From: Candidatus Zixiibacteriota bacterium
GTDB taxonomy: Bacteria > Zixibacteria > MSB-5A5 > GN15 > FEB-12
Assembly (NCBI GenBank): GCA_022571985.1
Contig: JACZWU010000003.1
Location: 120,860-184,859, forward strand
Direction of reading: 5' to 3'
Length of the DNA stretch: 64,000 bases
Positions within the stretch are counted from its first letter, which is position 1. Every line of letters starts with the position of its first letter. Both the position numbers and the translations under genes were made by a program. Under the pieces are notes generated by a model. It was not told the origin of the DNA and ran no database searches. It was given only the letters and a program-made list of their open reading frames with translations. Positions 57,003 to 64,000 of this stretch are shown here, piece by piece.

Positions 57003-59384
57003 TCATGTTTTTTGAGCAGCCAAATCAGAATTGACTTCTTCAGCTTCGTCGCTCGCACCATTTGATTTTATATTTTTTGATCTGTCTAAGGCAAGCAAAA
57101 GGGCTGGAAGTAGCAGAAAATCTGCGATCAAGGCAAAGGCAATAGTCAAAGCCGCCAGCTGCGCCAGGTCTGAGTTGAGTTTGAAATGCGAAGTTGTCAG
57201 CACCAGAAATCCGGCAACCAGCACCACCGATGTAATAAATAAGGCCCTGCCTACAGTATTAAAAGCATAGCGCACAGAATCTGCCGGCGAGAGACCTCTT
57301 TCTCTTCTGGCTCTCAGATATTTATTTAAAAAGTGCACGGTGTCATCGACTACAATGCCGAGAGTCATGCCTACTACCGAAGACTGCGCCATGCCCAGTT
57401 CTCCGACCAAAAGCGCCCAGGCGCCAAAGCCCAAAACCATTGGCACCATATTCGGGATTACACTTATCAGTCCATACTTGATACTGCCTAGGGCTATGAC
57501 CATGCACAAGGTAATCAAAATAAGTGCAATGGCTGAGCTGTTTATCATACTCAAAACTTGCCTTTTTGACAGATGCGAAAACATCAAAGCAGAACTAGAG
57601 GCAGCTGCAAACATTTCTTTGGGCGCATGATCAATAAGCCATTTTTCACCTTGCTCAGAAAGCGCTATCAATTCCGCTGACGGCAAAGTCTTACAGATAA
57701 TAGTCATTCGTGTTGATGACTTGTCAACACTAATCATATTGTTTAAGTCCAGCCCGTAGGGCAGAGACATTTCATACAATAAAGTATACTGGGCGGCCAG
57801 GTTACGTTCGTCCGGAATGCGATAGTATGTCGAATCGTCGCCATGCATGTTCATGTTCAGCCGTTTCATTACTAAGCCGAAATGACTGACATACACAACG
57901 CCCGGTAGGGTCTTGTAAAACTCCGCCAGACTGTCCAGCTTAGACAGATACTCAGGCTCGGCAATACCGCCTTCTTCTCCTGAGCCTATTGAATGCTCAA
58001 TCGATCCCATGCCGGTCAAATGTTCGCTGGCAAAATCGGTGTCTGTGCGAAATCTTATGGTAGTATCAAAAAACTTAACAAATTCATCGTTTAATTTGTT
58101 TTGCGGAACCATAACGGCCGCAAATATTACTATTACTGCCGAACCAATTAAAATCAAGCGATGCCTGCCAATGACCCAGTCAGCCCAATCACCAAAGATG
58201 TTTGACTTTCGTTCCTTTTGCTGACGGACTTTTATAGGTAGTAGTGACAGAACGGCCGGCAGAAATGTTATTGAAAGAAGAAAGGCAACAGTTACTCCCA
58301 TCGCCGTAATATTACCTAAATCGCGATAGGGGGGTGAGTCGCTGAAATTGAGACTCAAAAAACCTATGACAGTAGTCAGGCTGGTCAAAAATACCGGCAC
58401 AAAATTTACCCGCAAACTTTCTATAATAGCATCTTTCCGCGAACGACCAAATCGCATCTCCTGAAGCATCGTGACCAGCAGGTGGATACTGTCTGCCACC
58501 GCCAGAGTCATTATCATGGTCGGTGCCTGGGCCGAGAGTGGTGTAAGCTGCACTCCGAACCAGCCGGCCATGCCTACTGCTGTTGCCGCAGAAAAGCCTA
58601 TTAATAGTACAGTTGTCATAGTCCCCCAGAATGAACGAAGCAGGATTATCATCAGGAAGACGATCATTAAAAACATCAAAGGAAATACAGTCACAAGATC
58701 GCCCTGGGTGGCGCTGACAAAAGCATTATTGATCATGACCATGCCGGTCAGATAAATTTTTGTACCCGGATATTTATTTTCTAAGCTGTCCGCCAGGGCA
58801 GTAGCTGCTGCTGCTGTTGATGGAACCTCGTTTAGGGATTCACCTGGAAGATGAATTGTAACATTTACGCCGGCCAATTTTCCATCATTGGAAACTAAAT
58901 GGCCTTTTAGCAGCGGCTCATTTATGGCTATCAGGCGCACTTTTGCCAGTCCCTCCTGACTGATCGCATCGGCATCTTCAACCAGATCTGCGACTATCAG
59001 GTCATCGCCGTCAGCTTCGGAGTGCTGAAAGTTGGTGACGCCATCGACACGAATTGCAAACGGAAGCAGCCAGCTCTTTTCTGTAAGTTCTGCAATAATC
59101 TTGACTGACTGCGCACTAAACGGATCGTGATCCGGGACGTCTATTACAAATAGAATATTATCGTTTCTTGTATAGACATCCTGCAACTCATTAAACGCCA
59201 GAAGCTGCGGATTATCTTCTGAGAAAAAAACCCGATAGTCTGTAGCAAGTTCGATGAAGCGCGCACCCGAAGCGGCTAAAGCAATCAGGACAAGAAGCCC
59301 GACTATAACAGCCCAGCGGTACCTAAGAATAAACTTACCGTACCTGCCGCCAAACCCATTGCCGTTTTGATTATTACTTTCCAA
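57003..59384 (-). CDS. MMPL/RND superfamily transporter
   Basis: Two-fold RND topology; LAVADSIH, LTSLTT.IGF.SL, GIVVDDTVHF, LLPALL; TTG start. Confidence 0.92.
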   Translation of the reverse strand: MESNNQNGNGFGGRYGKFILRYRWAVIVGLLVLIALAASGARFIELATDYRVFFSEDNPQLLAFNELQDVYTRNDNILFVIDVPDHDPFSAQSVKIIAELTEKSWLLPFAIRVDGVTNFQHSEADGDDLIVADLVEDADAISQEGLAKVRLIAINEPLLKGHLVSNDGKLAGVNVTIHLPGESLNEVPSTAAAATALADSLENKYPGTKIYLTGMVMINNAFVSATQGDLVTVFPLMFLMIVFLMIILLRSFWGTMTTVLLIGFSAATAVGMAGWFGVQLTPLSAQAPTMIMTLAVADSIHLLVTMLQEMRFGRSRKDAIIESLRVNFVPVFLTSLTTVIGFLSLNFSDSPPYRDLGNITAMGVTVAFLLSITFLPAVLSLLPIKVRQQKERKSNIFGDWADWVIGRHRLILIGSAVIVIFAAVMVPQNKLNDEFVKFFDTTIRFRTDTDFASEHLTGMGSIEHSIGSGEEGGIAEPEYLSKLDSLAEFYKTLPGVVYVSHFGLVMKRLNMNMHGDDSTYYRIPDERNLAAQYTLLYEMSLPYGLDLNNMISVDKSSTRMTIICKTLPSAELIALSEQGEKWLIDHAPKEMFAAASSSALMFSHLSKRQVLSMINSSAIALILITLCMVIALGSIKYGLISVIPNMVPMVLGFGAWALLVGELGMAQSSVVGMTLGIVVDDTVHFLNKYLRARRERGLSPADSVRYAFNTVGRALFITSVVLVAGFLVLTTSHFKLNSDLAQLAALTIAFALIADFLLLPALLLALDRSKNIKSNGASDEAEEVNSDLAAQKT

Positions 59385-59527
59385 TCTATATTTCTTTCTT
59401 TAAAAAACCAGGATGATCTGCATCTTCCGCATGTATGAAATACAGTCCATCCGGTCTGGTTTTGTTGTTATATATTCGTTTCTATATGTTTTATTTTCAA
59501 TATTCATTTTTGTTTGTTGATAGGCTT

Positions 59528-60148
59528 TTAGGTAATCGATTCTACCTGTTTAGCCCTGAGAGAATCAAGGTATATGATCAGTTGCTCACCACAGCGAACA
59601 AAAATCTTTCCATCGTTAGAAGTTTTGGCCATGCCGATTGCACCTTCAAAACATGCTACAATAAAACAGGCGACATTGCTGGTATCTACATCAGGCCTGA
59701 CATATCCGTTCTTGATTCCAAGAGAGAAAACTTTGGACAAACCGTCCTGCCAGGCTTTGAGAACCTCATTTAGTTTCAAGCGAAAACCTTCGTCGATTCC
59801 GGACATTTCATGAGCCAGATTCGCCAAAGGACAGCCCTTTATTACGGCTTGTTTGGGAGTATTCTTGATTAGTTCAGCCATGCTGTCTATCAGAGCATCA
59901 ATCGGATTTTCACTTTTACTGAGCGGGTCCAGCCAGCGCTCTTTCATCAGAGGCCTAATTACCTCATCTATTACAGCATAGCCAAGCTCGGTCTTGCTTT
60001 TGAAATGATGATAAAGCGCCCCTTTGGTGGTGCCGGCTCTCTTGATAATTTCATTCATGCTGGTGGCCTGAAATCCATAGCTGTGGATTTCTTCAAAAGC
60101 AGCTTGAATTATTTTTTCTCTGGTGGCGCTGGCATTTCTAATAGTCAT
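59528..60148 (-). CDS. TetR/AcrR family regulator
   Basis: GFQATS...I...AG.TKGALYHHFKSK; GCPL.NLA.E. Confidence 0.93.
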   Translation of the reverse strand: MTIRNASATREKIIQAAFEEIHSYGFQATSMNEIIKRAGTTKGALYHHFKSKTELGYAVIDEVIRPLMKERWLDPLSKSENPIDALIDSMAELIKNTPKQAVIKGCPLANLAHEMSGIDEGFRLKLNEVLKAWQDGLSKVFSLGIKNGYVRPDVDTSNVACFIVACFEGAIGMAKTSNDGKIFVRCGEQLIIYLDSLRAKQVESIT

Positions 60149-60167
60149 AATTTATTCACTTTTCCTT

Positions 60168-60189
60168 ACAGACCAACCGGTCGGTATGT
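60168..60189. promoter_or_regulatory. Putative TetR operator palindrome
   Basis: ACAGACCAACCGGTCGGTATGT imperfect dyad just upstream of tetR; related sequence at 59442-59461. Confidence 0.65.
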
Positions 60190-60422
60190 ATAACAGCATA
60201 AGTAGCTGAATTGTTTCCAGACTTTCGAGTTTATTTTTAATAAAATTTATATGTTTAGTTAAGTCACTGAATAACAACATATTATAAATTACGGTTTTGG
60301 CGTTTCTCTGACATATTAGGCCGGTAATCTGCGCAATATGTGATTGAGAATTTCAACAAAGTCTCAATTATTTCGTATAAAATATTTGAAAAGATATTCA
60401 AACTGTCAAAGGAGTACCAGCC

Positions 60423-60833
60423 ATGACCGACAAAAAATCCCAAGATCAGAAGGAAATTCTTGAACATATTCATTCCATCTTCAGCTCATTTATAAATCGA
60501 GACCGAGATGCCATCCAGAATGCACATACCGAAGATTGGAAAGGTTTTCTGGTTTCCAGCACTTTGATAGAGCGAGGAATCGATGCCTATATGTCGAATG
60601 TTGATAAGTCATTCAAAAATTTCAGGGGAGTAGGTTTCGAGATACTCGATTCTGAGATACAAATCTATGACAGCATTGCCATCGTCTATTATGTAGCCAG
60701 ATATGACTACAAAAATGATGCAGGTGAAACTCATTCCCTGCCGCTTCGGTCGGTGGATATTTACAGGCGGGAACCAAACGGCTGGATTCAATGCGGCTCA
60801 CATATAACTATAATTCCAACAGATAAAGTCTAA
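60423..60833 (+). CDS. NTF2-like (DUF4440/SnoaL-like) protein
   Basis: AGGAG RBS; IQIYDSIAIV.Y, RSVDIYRR...GW.....H. Confidence 0.82.
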   Translation: MTDKKSQDQKEILEHIHSIFSSFINRDRDAIQNAHTEDWKGFLVSSTLIERGIDAYMSNVDKSFKNFRGVGFEILDSEIQIYDSIAIVYYVARYDYKNDAGETHSLPLRSVDIYRREPNGWIQCGSHITIIPTDKV

Positions 60834-60895
60834 GACGAAAGAGAATCAACACCGCCTGAAATTATTAACCCGTTATTTACTGAATAGAAATTGAA

Positions 60896-61846
60896 CTATT
60901 CATTTTCGACTCTATTCAAAAAGTCACCAATAGCTTTGATATCGGCCTCGACGTTATCTTGCATGGTCAGGTGCCCGGCGTTTTCAATAATTACCAGTTC
61001 GGCACCCGGAATGAGGCTCTGGTAATATTTCGCAGTTGCGGGAGTAGATATATCATACTCACCGGTAATTAGTAAAGTCGGCAAATTGATTTCACTAAGT
61101 CTTTCAATGCGATTGTATCCAGCCAGAGTTCCGGTAGAGTGAAAATTATAAGGACCAAACATATATACTCCCATGCTGTGATTCATTGTGGCAAATGCCT
61201 GGTTCAGTTCATCGGACCAGGGCTGTTTACGCGCAAAGAACTGCCCCAGGAATACCATTATTGCCGGCATGTAATCAGGGGAATCTAGAGTGCCTTCCAG
61301 TTCATTTTTCTTTATCACTTTCGAGATCGAGTCCGGAAGTGTCTCCAGCAGTTTCACCTTATCTTGAAAGTATCTTTCAATACTTAGTACAGGACTTGCC
61401 AGAATAACACTTCGTACTCCCGCTGGTTTGCCAAGCATATAATCAGTCGCCAACATGCTGCCCCAGGAATGTCCGTACAAGTGAACTTGTTTTAAGTTCA
61501 GTGCTTTTCGTACAGCTGCAATCTGTTCAACAAACTTTTCGATTGTCCACAAGGCTGTATCTGAGGGACCGGGAGAGTTGCCGCAGCCAAGTTGGTCAAA
61601 AAACACTACCGGGCGCTGGTCCGCCAGAGCTTCGAGAGGTCTCAGATAAATACTCGAGACTCCGTACCCGCCGTGAAGCATCAATAGGGGAATGCCGGTG
61701 CCACTACCGACTATTTTGTACCACACTTTCCCGCCGGTCACTTCAACAAAGCCTTCACCCGCTGACAGGCTATCGGTCTGGCCGTAGCCCAAGACAGTAA
61801 CTATCAGATAACTGAAAAATACTAGAACGAATATTAATCTTTTCAT
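60896..61846 (-). CDS. Exported proline iminopeptidase-family alpha/beta hydrolase
   Basis: Signal peptide; LHGG, DQLGCGNS, GHSWG, GEYD, AGH. Confidence 0.88.
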   Translation of the reverse strand: MKRLIFVLVFFSYLIVTVLGYGQTDSLSAGEGFVEVTGGKVWYKIVGSGTGIPLLMLHGGYGVSSIYLRPLEALADQRPVVFFDQLGCGNSPGPSDTALWTIEKFVEQIAAVRKALNLKQVHLYGHSWGSMLATDYMLGKPAGVRSVILASPVLSIERYFQDKVKLLETLPDSISKVIKKNELEGTLDSPDYMPAIMVFLGQFFARKQPWSDELNQAFATMNHSMGVYMFGPYNFHSTGTLAGYNRIERLSEINLPTLLITGEYDISTPATAKYYQSLIPGAELVIIENAGHLTMQDNVEADIKAIGDFLNRVENE

Positions 61847-61918
61847 GGTCGACCCTTTCTGGAATAAGACTAAGTTGGCATCTTTGGGCAGCTAAGTCCA
61901 CAACAATTTATTGTGTTA

Positions 61919-62332
61919 TCAGGCCTTATTCTGGATTAACTCTTTTAGCTCAGCTATCGACGTTGTCACATAGGCCACCTGCAGTTCTAAGCGCTTAATT
62001 TCTCTTCTGATGGCGTTTTTGCTCATCTCCATCCAACTCCAGATTTTGATTGCCGAAACTCCCGAAAGTGCAAAAAAGCAAACGGCCCCCCAAAGAATCA
62101 TTTCCCGCACGCGTCCGGTGTCCAGGAACTTGATGGCCGCAAACACTGCCACAACCATCAGAAATAACATGGCTATTATCGAGCCATAGACCAGCCATCG
62201 TGAACGTCCTTGAAAAAGAGACATTGCCTCCGCAAATGACGACTGCTCTCCTCCTACACTCTCAAAACGGGCGGCATCTTCCTTACTCAAGGCTTCTCTA
62301 ATCATGCTGTCAATTTCGTTTTCTTTCATCAT
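61919..62332 (-). CDS. Putative anti-sigma membrane protein (DUF6768-like)
   Basis: Two TM helices, KIWSWMEM.KN.I.REIKRLELQV; overlaps the ECF sigma stop. Confidence 0.75.
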   Translation of the reverse strand: MMKENEIDSMIREALSKEDAARFESVGGEQSSFAEAMSLFQGRSRWLVYGSIIAMLFLMVVAVFAAIKFLDTGRVREMILWGAVCFFALSGVSAIKIWSWMEMSKNAIRREIKRLELQVAYVTTSIAELKELIQNKA

Positions 62333-62886
62333 ATACTCCTGTCTATTAGTTTTCTTAATTGTTCTCGCGCTTTAGATAAACGAGATTTTACTGTCCCTTC
62401 TGGTACTACCAGGCAGGAAGAGATTTCTGATACTGGACGATCTTCTAGGTAGAACATCTTCAAGATAGCATGTTGCTCTGCGGGCAATTTTGTTAGCGCC
62501 TCTCTTAGAAGTTCAATCTGATTATCGAAACTTATTCTGTTAGAAGAAATTTGTTTAGACGTTTCGACTTCTTCAGTCGACTCTTTTATCAATGTGTGCT
62601 CTCTTTTTTTCTTTCGAATCCAGTCAACAGTACGCGCCGAGGCGATCCGATATATCCATTGTCCAAAGGCAGCGGGGTCGTCGAGACTTTTTAATTTTCG
62701 GACAACTGAAACCCAGATCTCCTGCATGACATCGGCGGTATCGTCGCTGTTACCGGTCTGCCGGAATACAAATCGCGCCAGTCTCATCTGCCAGCGACTG
62801 ATAAGCTCTTTGATGGCATTGGCTTCTCCGCCCTGACATCGCAGCACCAGCAATTCATCATAAATTTGTTCCGTGGATCTTTTCAT
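62329..62886 (-). CDS. ECF RNA polymerase sigma factor
   Basis: DVMQEIW, F..WIYRIA....DW.RK, EI...L.VPEGTVKSRL..AR; ATG at 62886 preferred. Confidence 0.92.
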   Translation of the reverse strand: MKRSTEQIYDELLVLRCQGGEANAIKELISRWQMRLARFVFRQTGNSDDTADVMQEIWVSVVRKLKSLDDPAAFGQWIYRIASARTVDWIRKKKREHTLIKESTEEVETSKQISSNRISFDNQIELLREALTKLPAEQHAILKMFYLEDRPVSEISSCLVVPEGTVKSRLSKAREQLRKLIDRSI

Positions 62887-63040
62887 CGCTTTGAATCTAA
62901 GGTCGCTCGAATTTACCCTTCGGTTCAATGTTTTTTTACAGAAATTATTGCAATATTAGAGAAAAAGTAGAACTGAGCGCTGATTCTTCTAATGATGAAG
63001 GAGAGAAAACCAACAGAGAACTAACGAGCTCTACTTGAGC

Positions 63041-64000
63041 TTAAAACCGCTTCTGATAAATATGACAATAGGGCGATTGGCCGTTCTTGGCATAGTAGTC
63101 CTGATGATAATTTTCACCGTCCCAAAACGTACCGGCTTTGGCCAGTTCTGTGGCGACATCAAATCCTTTACCTTTCAGAATCTGGATAAGGTTTTCGAGA
63201 ATTTCTTTCTCATTGTTATCTGAATAGAACATGGCCGAGCGGTACTGGTCACCAATGTCCGGACCCTGGCGATTAACCTGAGTCGGGTCATGAATTTCAA
63301 AAAAGAAACGCGCCAGTTGCTCGTAGCTAATTATAGACGGATCGAATTCGATTTCCACAGTTTCGGCGTGTCCGGTATTCCCGTTGCAAATTTCTTTATA
63401 TGTCGGATTATTGGTGTGACCGCCCATATAGCCGACTGAAGTTGCCAGTACTCCTGCGACGTCTTTTAAGAGATGCTCCGTCCCCCAAAAACAACCGCCG
63501 GCAAAATATGCTTTCATTGTGGTGGCCTCTTGACCAGCGGGAATAAAGTTCATCGAAATTGAGTTAACACAGTGACGGATATTTTTGTCGGTCAGCTGCT
63601 CTCCTAGGAATACATGCCCCAGATGCCCGCCGCATTTGGCGCAGGTGATTTCGGTCCGGCGGCCGTCGGCATCAAGAGTCCTTTTGACCGCACCGTCGAT
63701 TTCATCGTCAAAACTCGGCCAGCCGCAGTTGGAAGAAAATTTATCAGACGAATTATAGAGCGGGGCATCGCACTGCTTGCAGGTGTAAGTTCCTTCAGCA
63801 GAATGCCTATCGTATTTACCACTTGAAGCCGGCTCGGTGCCTTTGTGAACTATTACTCTTTCTTCTTCGGGCGTCAGTTTATTTAAGGCCATCTTATTCT
63901 CCGATTTTTCAGTAGTATAATCTTTGGACTTCATCGTCATTGGTGCCAGCCCAATCATTACAACAGCAGCAATTATTGCCCAGATAAAGCCAGTTGAAAT
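63041..64000 (-). CDS. msrAB: Bifunctional methionine sulfoxide reductase MsrB-MsrA (probably 5' partial)
   Basis: GTE, C..C...L, GWPSF, HLGHVF, RHCVNS (MsrB); AGGCFWG, GHAE, YHQDYY (MsrA); frame stays open to the window edge through a hydrophobic segment. Confidence 0.93.
   Translation of the reverse strand: MSTGFIWAIIAAVVMIGLAPMTMKSKDYTTEKSENKMALNKLTPEEERVIVHKGTEPASSGKYDRHSAEGTYTCKQCDAPLYNSSDKFSSNCGWPSFDDEIDGAVKRTLDADGRRTEITCAKCGGHLGHVFLGEQLTDKNIRHCVNSISMNFIPAGQEATTMKAYFAGGCFWGTEHLLKDVAGVLATSVGYMGGHTNNPTYKEICNGNTGHAETVEIEFDPSIISYEQLARFFFEIHDPTQVNRQGPDIGDQYRSAMFYSDNNEKEILENLIQILKGKGFDVATELAKAGTFWDGENYHQDYYAKNGQSPYCHIYQKRF

Overview
Bacterial, Gram-negative-type chromosomal window (LPS genes present; my impression is an FCB-group or Zixibacteria-like lineage, not verified). 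1-23 kb is mostly housekeeping: ffh-rpsP-khpA-rimM-trmD-rplS, rsmD, rnhB, yraN, ispG, NFACT/RqcH, fumC, lysS, coaD, comEA, lptC, a lipid A acyltransferase and kdsDCA. It also holds an intact REP-associated tyrosine transposase with its REPs and a 1.1 kb pile-up of nested REP-like palindromes. 23-64 kb is accessory and metabolic: M16 peptidase, peroxiredoxin-like protein, IYD-like nitroreductase, aceE-aceF-lpdA, DUF3857 transglutaminase-like pair, TetR-MMPL-LolA-like-barrel module, ECF sigma pair and msrBA. The main observation is three genes that the ORF track splits or truncates at in-frame TGA codons, each followed by a SECIS-like hairpin, so they read as selenoproteins. Two lie in a MerR-headed operon (merR, MerT-HMA fusion, thioredoxin-like protein, outer-membrane barrel with an N-terminal U-A-L-U motif, exported U-P-G-C thioredoxin-fold protein). 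The third is a DUF3179 protein (U-P-L-C) next to its Cys paralog and a Cys-containing paralog of the barrel. No database searches were run; all calls come from motif recognition.
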